A DNA stretch of 63,866 nucleotides, filler included, from Reticulomyxa filosa (GCA_000512085.1; 23 parts of 23 records of this genome joined end to end with filler, not necessarily neighbours in it), one strand, 5' to 3'. Counted from the whole stretch's first letter, positions 41,220 through 53,755 are shown. Numbers and translations: made by a program. Notes: a model not told the origin generated them from the letters alone.

Positions 41220-42280
41220 TATTGTAATTTATATCGATGGAAATACATTCCCAAACCCAGTATATGGGGGAGTTGGATTGGTAGCCAAGATTCTGATACT
41301 TCAGAGTGGATTGAAATCGAATACCCAATCAAAGATACAATTACAAATCGGATGCGAAATTGAAGATTTGAAAAAAGCAATTGAATATTCAATTGAAAAT
41401 TATGAGGCAAAGACAAAAGAGTTGTGATTCTAAGTGATTGCAAATTTGCTGTTAATGCAATACTAAACAAAGTACATTCTGATAAATACGAAGAACAAAT
41501 ACAAAATGTCATGATATTCTACAGTCTCTTGGAGAACAAGACACACCAGATATATACTGGATCAAGGGACATTCTGGAATCCCAAGAAATGAAAAAGTGG
41601 ATTGTCAATCAGGACTGCATCAGATTGTGAACAAGGAAAAAATAATTATTAACAATCCAGGACTGGCTCCATCCTATGCAATGAGTGGAACCGTCACTGG
41701 ATAAATGAAGGGTCAGAATAAAGAAGACACCAGCATCCGAAACAATTTATAAGAATTTAATTGAAGCGCAATTGTTTGAAAAGATTGTACTCAATCGATC
41801 ACAAGCACATGAAAGAAAGATTATATGTGGACTAATAAAGAGAAAAGTTAGGTTGAATCAATACACGCATATTATCAAAAAAGCAGAATAATCTAAATGT
41901 AGATTGTGCATACAAGAAGTAGAGTCTGTGGAACATTTTTTGATGAAATGTCCATACTATGAATCAATTAGGAAAACCTGGCATTCAAACGTCAAGATTT
42001 TAGTACCAGAATCACGGAAGAAACTTAAAATTGAAAGAATTACTCATAGGACGGACAACATGGAGACCTGATATCAGAGTAAAGGTTGTGCAAGAAGCTG
42101 TAAAATTCGTAGTAGCGTCAAAAAGAAATATATAAAGTCAAATAACGAAATGGAAAACAACATATACAAATACATCGAGCTATGTAATTGAGAAAATAGT
42201 TGATTTTTTTTTCAAATTGCGTATAACAAGCAAGTTAGAGTGCCCTGATCCAATGGATATAGCACTATTAAATAAAATAA
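41220..42280 (+). mobile_element. 5'-truncated, degenerate non-LTR retrotransposon (LINE): RNase H, CCHC knuckle and 3' tail
   Basis: RNase HI motifs VIYIDGNTFPNPVYGGVG, GCEIE.LKKAI, VVILSDCKFAV, YWIKGHSGIPRNEKVD. Knuckle CRLCIQEVESVEHFLMKCP. Ends in a stem-loop and A-rich tail at about 42238-42280. Multiple frameshifts and stops. Confidence 0.85.
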
Positions 42281-43112
42281 GAAACAATCGCAAAACAAAT
42301 NNNNNNNNNNNNNNNNNNNNNNNNNNNNNNNNNNNNNNNNNNNNTTAATTAATTAANNNNNNNNNNNNNNNNNNNNNNNNNNNNNNNNNNNNNNNNNNNN
42401 ATCGCCAAATATCCAGGGGGCCAACTTTTGTATACGTATGTAATGTTTGCGTGTGTGTTTTTTTTTCTTTGTTAATTCAAATATTGTTTAAAAAAAAAAA
42501 AAAAACAAGTGATGAAATAACGTATTGTCGTCAGTATTGCATAGCAAATTGGGTGCGAAAGCACTCAACCGCAAACAAAAAGAATCTAAAAATGAAAAAC
42601 TAAACAACCAATAATTAATTGTTTTTTTAAATCTTTCAAGTTGCAGTAAGCAAAAAATAATTTATTTTTTTGGTGAGATTTCAGATAATTGCAAAAAGTA
42701 AAAATAACCATTATCTCAGTGGCGCTAAAAAAAAGAATAACATGACAAAGACTTCTCAAAAAGTAAAATTATTTATTGGCAAGTTCAAAATATTGCAGCG
42801 TGGTATTCAAGAACGACTTATATTTTTTTAGTATTGAAAAAAGAATATTGTGTAACAGCCAAGTAATAAAGAGAGTAATGGCTATCTCGTTTTGTTTAAA
42901 TGAACAAAAACAGTGAACAGTGAATTCATAAAATAAGTGCAATTATACATTAACAAGCTCAAGAAGATTTAAAAAAATTTTTCATATTAAATATATATCA
43001 ATACATTTGTTAAAAGTATGAACATAACACTCAAAAACCTTTACATTTTTTTATGTGAGACTTTTCAAAGAAAACAGTCAGAATATTTTCATTTCTTTTT
43101 GGAAAACATGCA

Positions 43113-43715
43113 TTATTCCCAAACACGAATGGGACCTTTGGCCGAACCATAACACAAATTGAAACTATAATCACTATTCTTTTTATTTTCATTGTTTTTC
43201 TCTTTCTTTTTAAATCCTAAAAATTTAAGACATAATATTCCACCATCTTCTTTGTCGTCTCCTTCAATCACATACAATTCTTTCTTATTTGATCGAACAC
43301 CCCAAAAGCGAATTGTATTATCCCATGACCCAGAGCATATTACATTTCCACCACCAACTTTGTTATTGTTTACCACAAATGGTGAATATTCAGCAGTATT
43401 CACTTCATTTGTATGTCCTTTGAACACTTGAATTTGTTGACCAGATCGAATATCCCACAAGCGAACACTGCAATCATTAGAGCCAGATAATATTGTATTT
43501 GCATTACCACTAATTCCTGATTCATTTGATCCATATTTTACAGTATTCACTGCATATTGATGTCCTGTCAATATAACCGATTGTTTGGTTGCTGCAATAT
43601 CCCACACACGAATAGTTGTATCAAATGATCCAGAACAAACCGCATATCCATTACCACCAATCATACCAACACCATTACTTTTGCTATTGTCATTTTTATT
43701 GTTATTGCTTTGAGT
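43113..43715 (-). CDS. WD40-repeat protein C-terminal fragment lacking its 5' half
   Basis: IGGNGYAVCSGSFDTTIRVWD, ILSGSNDCSVRLWDIRSG, ICSGSWDNTIRFW; the frame closes upstream near 43723. Confidence 0.85.
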   Translation of the reverse strand, partial: TQSNNNKNDNSKSNGVGMIGGNGYAVCSGSFDTTIRVWDIAATKQSVILTGHQYAVNTVKYGSNESGISGNANTILSGSNDCSVRLWDIRSGQQIQVFKGHTNEVNTAEYSPFVVNNNKVGGGNVICSGSWDNTIRFWGVRSNKKELYVIEGDDKEDGGILCLKFLGFKKKEKNNENKKNSDYSFNLCYGSAKGPIRVWE

Positions 43716-43764
43716 GGTATATTAGAAAAAGGATGTAAGGTATCTTTTTTTAAAAAAAAAACAG

Positions 43765-44720
43765 GTCTACAAGGACAATGTTATTATCTGGCAATGAATA
43801 AGCAGTTTGAAAAAAATATGCTATTAATAACTGGATTGAATGTTGTGGTAATGGGCATGAGTTATGAAGGCGAGTCCGACATGTATGCGTACGCATTGCT
43901 TGAACTAAATTTGCTGTTTACCATTGTATATTTTATGGAGGCAATGATAAAGCTAATTGGATTTGGAGGGGCTCAATATTTTAAAAACAATTGGAACCGA
44001 TTTGAATTTGCCATTATGATCACAACCGTGGCTGAAGTATGCTTGCAGCAAATACTAGACGTTGCTTCGCGAGACACTGTGGTTATGCGAGTATTACGTT
44101 CTTTCCGTGCCTTGATAGTAGTGCGCATTATCCGACGTGCCGGCCGCCTAAAAATTTTAATGAAAACATTGAGGCTCTCCTTACCCTCTTTAGCAGGTGT
44201 TGGAGGGCTTCTTGCTTTGGTCTATTTTGTGTTTGCCATTTTAGGAATGAATCTATTTGGCCTCGTCGAACGTCACAATTGTATCACATACAATGCTAAC
44301 TTTGAAACTTTTTGGCTCAGTTTTTTGACCATGTTTAGCATTTCAACAGGTATCAATGTTGCATGCAACATATATATTTACATATATAAATATGATTTTT
44401 TTGTTTTTAAGTTAAAAAAAAAAAAAAAAAAGGAGTGTGTATGATAAGCTATAATAATGTATATATTGCAGTTATACGTATGTTTGAGATATTGTTTATA
44501 TGTGTGTATACGTGTTCAAAGGGGAAAATTGGAGTTGTATTATGGAGTCTGCATGCAATGAAAGCAAAGGAGGCATTCGGCAATGCTGGATATTTTTTTT
44601 TAGCTTCTATGCTCTTGTCGGCTTTGTTCTCATAAGTTTACTTGTTGCCGTTCTGCTAGACAGCTTTTTAACAGTGTCCAGAAAGCATATCAATAGTGTG
44701 GATAATGTGTTGCCGGAACG
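43765..44720 (+). CDS. Voltage-gated Ca2+/Na+ channel alpha subunit, one S1-S6 repeat (repeat IV-like)
   Basis: YFKNNWNRFEF, S4 MRVLRSFRALIVVRIIRRA, FAILGMNLFG, ANFETFWLSFLTMF. Pore STG|ENW across intron 44350-44521. S6 ISLLVAVLLDSF. Confidence 0.9.
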
Positions 44721-44856
44721 TAAAAAAAAAAAAGCCAACTACACATGAAGAAAAATNNNNNNNNNNNNNNNNNNNNNNNNNNNNNNNNNNNNNNNNNNNN
44801 TTAATTAATTAANNNNNNNNNNNNNNNNNNNNNNNNNNNNNNNNNNNNNNNNNNNN

Positions 44857-44890
<34 letters not shown>

Positions 44891-44949
44891 GTATACATAT
44901 TGCTTTACAAAATTAATAAATCAATGCACTTTTTTTTTTTTTTTTTTGA

Positions 44950-45361
44950 AGAGAGAAGGAAATCATCAATATTGGTGGAACGAAAGTGTCGGCTGGATGC
45001 CTGAATGCTTTGCGTTACATCCGTTAAAAGTGTTTATCAATTATGACACTTTGGAAGGTAGGCTATATTTGTGGAATGGAGGTGGCAACACGAAGAATAC
45101 TCACAAGAAAAGCAAAGTTATGCACTTCAAAGAGATGATACATCCGAAAACGAGCAAGAACAGCCCTCCAAGGTTTACAAACGAACTTGGACTTTGTCCA
45201 CTAATATCTTCGATCCTACCAAACAATATATTTTGCCGTACATGATCAAATATCACACTGAAAATGATAGCTGCGATACTAGGTGCTTGGGAAGATTTGG
45301 TCCTTTGTCTGTTTTTCTTGCTCTCAGAGATGTTAAAAAAGACGAAATTTACAAAGCTTAA
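44950..45361 (+). CDS. Last exon of an uncharacterised gene (probable frameshift near 45070)
   Basis: Overlapping ORFs 44946-45245 and 45071-45361 following a (TA)n/poly-T intron; no family recognised. Confidence 0.35.
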
Positions 45362-45829
45362 ATTGCGAGGAGAGAAGGGGGGCTTCAATTGTTGATACTG
45401 CTTTTTATTTTCATTGTCATTGATATCGTTGCTCTATCGAACATGCTTCCATTTTTCAGCTGTAATTCTTTTTTTTTTTACGGTGCTGTGGATTAGATTG
45501 AATCATTAATTTCTTTTTGTCTATTTTAAGCCCAAATGCTGCGAATTTTTAGCATTACTATCATTTCTTCCATCCTCGTTTAAGTATTAAAGCTCCTCAC
45601 CAAGAGGGCACAAATTTTCCTGTGTTTTAGTAGCCCATGCCTCGATCTGAATAATAAATTTAATGGAATGCTATCAGTGAGTCTGTCGAGATTTACTTAA
45701 AAAGGATGTATGCTCTGTCATATATACATTGACTTCAATTCGACAAATAAACACTTCAAACTTAGATTTTCTGCGAGTGGGCTCAACAAAACTCCAAAGT
45801 TCAATTAAAAATTGAGAAGAAAAGCGAAT

Positions 45830-46344
45830 ATGATAACAACTTTTGGAAGAGGATTACTTAGACGTGCTTGTCCCAAAAATTCATCAATCTGGGCTTTCTC
45901 TCCTTTAGTAAGCAGAAGTAGACAACTTCAAAGCACAAACCAGCAACAAATCTTATTGGAAGAACAACACAAGGATGCTGAATACAGAAAAAAATTGAAA
46001 GGACAACAAGGAGCATTGTTGAAAACAATATCACCACCAGAATCAAGACATGAAAGATTGTCGATTCAAAAAATGAAAAGCGCTAAAGAAATTATTCAAT
46101 ACATCAAATACAATCAATTTCAACATACTTCCATTTATGCTTCTGCTATCAAGAAATGTTCAGAGTTAAAAGAATCTAATGCAATCAAAACTATCATTGA
46201 CATTGTGCATCAAAAACAAATATCATTGGATATTATATTTTGTAACGCAACCTTACATTATTTAGGTATGTGGCACAAATCCGATTGGCAAAAATATTAT
46301 TTCGAACAATGGTTCAATCATCAATTAAATCATCAATTAAATCA
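45830..46344 (+). CDS. Pentatricopeptide-repeat (PPR) protein with a putative mitochondrial presequence (3' truncated)
   Basis: R/S-rich, acid-free N-terminus MITTFGRGLLRRA..SRSR; PPR-like SIYASAIKKCSE..IVHQKQISLDIIFCNATLHYLG. Confidence 0.65.
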
Positions 46345-46444
46345 NNNNNNNNNNNNNNNNNNNNNNNNNNNNNNNNNNNNNNNNNNNNTTAATTAATTAA
46401 NNNNNNNNNNNNNNNNNNNNNNNNNNNNNNNNNNNNNNNNNNNN

Positions 46445-47563
46445 TACGTGTGCTCCCTCCTTTCTCTCCTTGCACTTTCAAAAGTGCGCTTTTGCGAAAG
46501 TCACATATGTCATGCATATGCGCAATTTCGCAACTCTGCGTACGTATACGTGTGTGCATGTACGTATTGCAAGTCGCGACAAGCAAAACAAACAAACAAA
46601 AAAAAACAAACAAACAAACAAACAGTTGGAACAGGAAATGGAAGACAATCAAGGTAATGGCAAGTGGAACTCCATTTATGTTCGTGTGTCATCTTTATTA
46701 GTTCCAACAGCCGTTCTGGGCTTTCATTGAACTTCTCCTTTTCAACGGAGTCGTGCACCTGATGCAACAGGCACCGCTCGTCCGTGAATATGTACACGTT
46801 GTCGTATAGTTTCTTCTTCTCTTTTTTGCCGTCTCCGCTGGACGGCGGCATTTCCTTGGACTCTATTGCGTCCGAGTCATCATCATTCAACATTTGCGCC
46901 ACTGTGTGTCCATTTGGATTCGCATCCGCGTTTGTATTTGTATATGGGTTGCTGTCTTCGTTCTCACTCAGCGATGTCAAGTCGATCATAGCCGCCTTCT
47001 TTACTACCTAAGGAAAGAAGAAGAGGGGGAGTGGAGGGGAACAACAACAAAAAAATTGCATGCTACGTATACTCTTCTCCCCCCCCCCCCCTCTTGGAAA
47101 AAAGGGGTTTCACGGAACTTGAAAATACGTACACTGATACGTATACTTTTTTTTTTTTCTTATAACACACTACTTGAGAAGAAATTTTTATTGGAAATGA
47201 AGAGGAGAGAAGAAAAAGAAAAGGACTGAGAAAAAAAAACAATAATAATGATACATTGCTGGGCTGTGCAATTCGAGGCAAACATGGTCCCATCACACGC
47301 TTTTGGTCTTGGCACACATGTATCCTTTCACTTTCATTTCTGTTTAGAAACACTGGAAGTTCACATAAAGAATCGCTCGTTGAGAAGGTGTTCAACAACT
47401 TTTGTTTTTTATGCTGCACTTCTTTTGGTGCTTCTTCCAACTGAGAAAAACTTCGTTTCTTCCCTGGTCCTTCACAGATTCTGTTTATTATTGATTTATT
47501 TTTGGAACGTATATGCTTCGGTATGCAACGAGTACTCACAGGCTCGCTTACAACAAGCGACAT
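46445..47563 (-). CDS. Histone deacetylase (class II-like) N-terminal exons
   Basis: YIFTDERCLLHQV...FNESPERLLELI matches the YDERMLLH..HPE.P.RL..I start of HDAC domains. Upstream basic NLS-like KKRSFSQLE..HKKQKL. Catalytic core not in the contig. Confidence 0.6.
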
Positions 47564-49354
47564 ATCCTTGATATTTGCAAAGTGAACTTTTGAAAATAAA
47601 AACCCCTTTTATTGTGCGAAATCCCGAGTTTTTCCTCTCCCCAGAAAAAGGGGGCGCGTAACGTTCGCTCACAAAACTAACACTGTATCAACACAAAGTT
47701 TGTGCTACTTATTCAAGGTTGTTTCTTGTTACAACAGTATAAAATGTGCTTTGAAAACACAGCAAAATACTTTCTACTTTGTGTCTAACATTGAAAAACT
47801 TAAAGAAATTTTTCTCAAACTCTTATCAGCTTATTTTTGGCTAATGGTATTGATTATTTATCAAAAAGAACGTAGACATGCTATAATGATGAGAAGTTTG
47901 AAACATTTTTTCACGTTTAATAATTACCTGTAGTGGAATGTTTTCCATCGAAAAAACTTTACAATTAACTTTTTCTCTTTTACTTGGAAAAAAGCGTAGT
48001 AATCATTTGTTTTAATGACGTTTTTAAAGAAAGCTCGTTTTCAGGAATTTTCTCACTTTTTCTGGTTTTGTTAACGAACAAAAAAACACATTCTAAATAA
48101 TAAAGAACCAAAAGCAAATTGAGCAGAATATAAAGATTTTTCTTGCAAAAGTGTAAAATAACAACACCATGAAGTTGAACTATTAGTAACGCACGAACGG
48201 AAAGAAGAAAACAAGAACAACATTAAATAATAAAAGCGTTTTTGTCATCTCTTTGACAAATGCTAGTGTCACAATAAAACTTGGAACATATCACTCGAAG
48301 CTTAGGTAATTATTACTTACATAGTTTTTATTTTTTCATATCATTTAAAAAGTTTGAAATACTTAAGCATTATGTTTGAATTTTGTAATAAAGGTGTTTA
48401 ATGTGATGTACTATATTGCATTATAGAGATTGTCAAAGGCATTGATAAAATATATTCAAATTTTTTATTACAATTGAACACTTGTATATACAACGCATGA
48501 ACAATAAAGCCATTTAGCACAATGTAAATGTACACAACATTAATAAATTGAATGTGTACTAGTAGCTGTCAATAATTTTAGTTAAAGTCTATTTGATACT
48601 TTTTTTCATATGTTACATTGTCATAAAATGACAAAGAAATTCAAATATGGGACTGCGCATAATAAGCATTTTACAATCATTTAAAAAGATTTAAGGCAAG
48701 GTAATAATATTTGATGTCAAGGTTCAATTAAATCGTGAAATCCCTTTTCCAAAAACTTATCTTCTAACTTATTGCCCACTTTATATCGTTTCTTCTTGTT
48801 TTGTTGTCTATTATCATTCTATTCTTCGTTGATTTAATCAACTTGTTTTTATTGAAAAGTTGCTCAAGAGCAATATTTTCGTATTACACTTGTACCAGCC
48901 AACTACACAAAAACAATAGTTATTTTTTTTCAAATACATATATGTGGTTCTATTGTATTAAGTGATACCAATCTTTAATTTTTATAAAAATTTCAAAAAT
49001 GTGAAAAAATATTAACAATGTTTTCCTCACTACGTTTTTATTAGATCAACATGGCGCGTAGAACCATTTAAGCGATGATTTTTCATGAATAAAATTACAA
49101 GTGTTTATGTTTTTGAGATAAACATATTTAATTGTTTCAATAATAGAAGACAATGTAAGTAATACAAAAATTGATTAACTATAGAAAAACGCTTGTAACA
49201 ACTTGGTGCACGAAACAAATAGTGATTGCACCACGTTGTTCATGATATCTTCAAAAGCCTCTTTGATAACTGCATTTAAGTTTCAGCAAAAAAAAAAAAA
49301 AAAAAGAAAAGACAGAGAAAAGGTATTGTGCGCAATGCAAACTCAAATAATACT

Positions 49355-50310
49355 TTACTTGGAATCGGAAGACGGTTGTATCGGCTCGAATGAGGACTTA
49401 ACAGTGTGTTTGAAATCATCCAATACCTGATCATATCCAGCATTGGTCATGAAGAGTTTCAAATCATTGGCCAACGTCAAAGCTCTATCAGTGATGGCGG
49501 TGGAAATGCCGGCCAGTTTTGCGGCGTTGATGCCGTACGAATTCTTGCACAGTCCTTGTTTGAGTTGATACAAGAAGACAATATCACCATCATTGGAATT
49601 TTTGACGGGAGTATCTTCGACGAAAGACATGTATTCATTAATACAAACGGGATCGTGTGCAATACTAAGTTCACTTAATTCGACGTAATGAGTAACAAAG
49701 AGTACTAGACATCGTTCATTCTGCAAGAGTTCATTCAGCACACTGTAAGCAATGGCACAGCCATCAAAAGTGGACGTGCCCCTCCCCAGTTCATCCATGA
49801 TGACCAAGCATCGATTCGTACCATTTCCTCGAAACACATTTTGCAAAATGTAAGAGCACTCACTCATTTCCATAAAGAAAGTGGACTTGCCACTGAAAAT
49901 GTCGTCTTTGGCACCAATTCGAGTGCCAATGTATTCCATCGGCGATAAACGCATTTCATCGGCGCACACGTAGCTACCAATTTGTGCCAAGATCACAGCT
50001 ATGGCTACCGACTTGATCAGCACCGACTTCCCGCCCATGTTGGCCCAAAGATTACGTGACATCGTCCCTTGCTCGACGCCATCGACACATCGTTCGGGAT
50101 AAAGTTTCCCGCTTGCCGTTGTCCCAGCAGGATCTCCTCCACCATCGGGTGTCTGGCCTGTACGATATTCACCACCGCCTCCTCTTTCGAGTCGGTGGTG
50201 TCCACGATCTCGGGCAACGTATATCTGTCATGGCTCGCAAACACACCCAGTGATATCAGGCAATCCAGTTGCGCGAGCATCGACACAAAGTTGCGTAGCA
50301 ATTGTCCATT
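49355..50310 (-). CDS. MutS-family mismatch-repair ATPase C-terminus, MSH3-like
   Basis: LAQLDCLISL, ARHPMVE, FIPND, Walker A GP(N)MGGKS (one A missing near 50043), LAQIGSYV, STFFMEMSE, Walker B IMDELGRGTSTFDG, LFVTHY, SYGINAAKLAG. Confidence 0.9.
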
Positions 50311-52104
50311 GCGACCAAAGCCCTTTTTTTTTTTTTAANNNNNNNNNNNNNNNNNNNNNNNNNNNNNNNNNNNNNNNNNNNNTTAATTAATTAANNNNNN
50401 NNNNNNNNNNNNNNNNNNNNNNNNNNNNNNNNNNNNNNCCCCGTTATTGTTGTTGGCGGTTATTAAAATATTATCATTGTATTGTTTTTAAACTATAGGA
50501 TTGGGATAAAGAGCTGACAAATTATTTGTGAGAAATAAAAAGAAAAGAAGAAGAAAAGAATTTGTTTTTGCTATTATTATTAATTATTAATACACAAAAT
50601 AAATTCGAAAAAAAAAAAAACAAAACAATGATTTGTTCAAATTCGGTTGAACAAAAACAAACTTTGAGATGATCGAGAAATGCACACCACGCTTTGTTGA
50701 AAAAAAAAAGAGAGAACAGAGAGAACCAACAATCGATGACAACTTATTTTTTTTATGTTTTGTTTTGTTTTGTTTTTTTTGTTTTCCATCAAAAAATGTG
50801 CAAAGTCAGGTTTAGTTTTAGATTAAAAAGTTTCTTTTTTTTACTTTTTTTCAAAAAGTAGTGGGAAAAAGGATTTTGCCGTATTATTAATAATAACTTC
50901 CTTTATGGGTGTATTTCTGTTGAGCGTTTACTTCTCTCGTTTTTTTGTTTTGTTTCTTTATTTGTTGTTTGATTCCTTATTCCCCCCCCTTTTTTTTTTC
51001 CGTATATGGTCGAAATTTCAAAGTCTTTACAATCGGTGTTACTTTATGATTGTTGGATATTTAATGAAAGTTAACATATTTTTGTTTGTTTTGTTTTGTG
51101 TTTGTGTTTGTTTTTTTGTTATTGTGTGATTTTTGTTGTTTGAATGTTCATCAGCGGGGGTGTTTCTATCTGTGGAACTACACTTTGTTTTTATGGTTGT
51201 TTTGTTTACTTTTTTTTTACTTTCTTCTCTTCTTTTTCGTCACTCATTTGTTGGAAAAAGAAGATTGACAACAAAAAAAAAAGAGAAAAAGGTATCGTTT
51301 GATTGTACTGATGCTTTGAGGTTGAAATTGTGAAAAGTGATGTTCAAGTGTTGCTCTGTTTGTTGTTTTTTTGGTTGCAAATTTTTTCGTTATGTGAGAA
51401 CTGATACCTCCTCCAGCCCACAGTTAATTTTCAGATTTACCTGAAAGAAAACATTTGACGACGCGCATCCTTCCAATTCAAAATCCATGCATTCTTTTCT
51501 TACTGTGCGACAGGACAAGCAGATGTGCTCGCATAAACTTTCACAGATAGTGATCCACTTGTTGTTGAAGTTATACATTGAGCACAATGCAAAAAATCAA
51601 TAACTGTCTTAGACCTCTCAGTTTGTCATATTAATTATTCAACACATTTATTGCACCATTCAAACAAGCATTATAATTTGACTTGGAAAAAATAAACAAT
51701 ATTTTTGTCAATTAAAGATTTACAAGCTTTCAGAGCTTGAAAATGAAATGAATAAATTCACCATATTTTCATTTATCAAACTTATTTTGCAAGTATACCT
51801 AACACCGTTTGAACCAAAACAAACTCAATTTGTAATATTGTCTTTATTGTATTGATTTTTTAAACTAGATAATATCTTTTAAGTCTTGATTTAGTCTTTT
51901 TGATTCAGTAACTTTAAAACAATTAATTTTTTTTAATCTAAAAAGATATCATTTTCACAATAATCCATAATATGATATTTATAATTGTTTATAAATTCAA
52001 AGATCATATTAATATGACAATATTCCAATTTAGCTTTTTTTCTTAGTCGCCGCAGTTAACTAGAGTATAATGTAAAGTAAAGTTGACACATAAAATGGTA
52101 CCTA

Positions 52105-52433
52105 TTAAAAAACAACATTCAGACATAATTTTTTTTTATTTTAAAAAATATCTATAAATATTGTAGTTTTAATATATTATTTTGGTTTTTTATTAAATCT
52201 TTACTAATTGTTTAAAAAATTTGATATTTATTACTGTATTTCAAAAGTCAAATTTTTAAAATAGTGTTTCTGCAATATATTGTATATTGTTTTTTTGAAC
52301 AAAAAATATGTCACAAAATCATTAAATTTTAGGTTATTTATTATTTAATACAGTATGTTGCAAAGAAAACTGAACGCCTAAAACATATTTTATGATGATA
52401 ATTGATTTTTCATTGAGAAAATCAATTATCATC
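52105..52433. repeat. Diverged second copy of the 40.8-kb palindrome arm, plus a 16-bp hairpin at the contig end
   Basis: 52105-52230 aligns with the reverse complement of about 41030-41150. The stem gatgataattgatttt/aaaatcaattatcatc at 52394-52433 ends exactly at the contig break. Confidence 0.75.
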
Positions 52434-52651
52434 NNNNNNNNNNNNNNNNNNNNNNNNNNNNNNNNNNNNNNNNNNNNTTAATTAATTAANNNNNNNNNNN
52501 NNNNNNNNNNNNNNNNNNNNNNNNNNNNNNNNNGGGGGGGGGGAAAGTGTGCTATACGTATACACATATGTCATTGCCGTATATACTTTATATTGCGTGG
52601 TGGCCGGAAAAAAAAAAAAAATGGAGATAGACCCTAATCATTATTGTGCAG

Positions 52652-53755
52652 GTGTGGAAAACTTTTCGTTGGTGCTGGGACATTTTTTTCAAACCACGAC
52701 CTTGACTCACAATGGTGCTCTTATTGCCAAATCGAATGCACAAATGAGCGGTTATCTATTTTGGAGAAAACAGCCAAACAAAAAAATATTATTATTATTA
52801 TTATTATTTTCTCCTCCTCCCTCCTCCCTCCTCCCCCCCCCCCCCTCAATTTTTCTGTTATTGGAGACGATGAGAAAAGATTTTGCTTTGTAAATGTGAT
52901 AAATAATACTAGGAGCATTATATGATAGCAATGGGAAAGTACTTAATCGATATCATTCGGAAAATACAGATACAATCCCTTTGTCGCTATTGCTGCAAGC
53001 ATGTGATGTCAATCTGGACGATGTGACCGATTCGCCGTTGGAGCAAAACCAGGGATTGAGCATTCGACGTGCAGGAGTGATACTTGTTGTCACGATAAAA
53101 TACACCAACCGTGACAATGGCGGTGAACAGGTACACTATAGCTACGATGTCAATAAAATATCTGGGACCGAGTACCGGGTCATTACCCAGCAAATGTTCA
53201 ATACGAGTCATCGCTTGTTGACCGACAGACATGGAATTAAAGTATTTTTTGTCTTTTCGGGGGCTATTGTCCAATTCAGTTTTCAAACCCTGGTATAAAT
53301 GATATTCAATCAAAAAAAAAAATAATAATTCTTATACAATATACTTACGGTACTTTGTTTTGCTTTGGTCCGAAAAAATATATGCTCTGTTTGGGTGTCA
53401 TTCATTTGTTAGCTGTTCCATATTGGCTCAAGTTTGGCATTGTTGGGAATTGCCACGATTCTTACTGTTAAAATCTGCTTCATTAAAACAAAACAATTTT
53501 GTGTGTTTTTTTCAACTGTCTACAAACTCACATAAAGTATGGAGGGAATGAAAAAAAAAAAAAAAGGATTTTTTAATGTTGTACCCACGTCGATGTCGTA
53601 ATTCATGTCGTGTATTCTGTCCAAAGTTATATGCTTGTGTGTGCGCATGCTCATGCCCTTCTTACGAAGACCAAAAATTCGAAATAACTGCGCGTCTTGC
53701 AGACACACGAAAGACGACTCTACCGGGCAATGTTAATAATGAAATCGTATCATAA
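52652..53755 (+). CDS. P2X purinoceptor (ATP-gated cation channel), C-terminal half
   Basis: Exons 52652-52750, 52913-53292, 53413-53466 and 53567-53755 splice in frame: VENFSLVLGH..LLQACDVNLDD..SIRRAGVILVVTIKYTN..RLLTDRHGIKVFFVFSGAIVQFSFQTLLFHIGSSLALLGIATILTDFLMLY..SYEDQKFE (YxxxK motif). Confidence 0.88.

Noticed and set aside
50036-50050. Frameshifts in otherwise intact genes (also near 545, 31305, 62790) as programmed frameshifting
   Set aside because: They sit in or beside homopolymers with no shared slippery motif; pyrosequencing-type indel errors are the simpler explanation.
50634-50655. Small hairpin ttgttcaa-attcgg-ttgaacaa
   Set aside because: An 8-bp AT-rich stem is expected by chance, and bacterial-type terminators are irrelevant here.
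51390-51587. GC-balanced island / 65-aa Cys-rich ORF as a possible ncRNA or small gene
   Set aside because: No recognisable tRNA, snRNA or snoRNA boxes or protein motif; cannot be supported.
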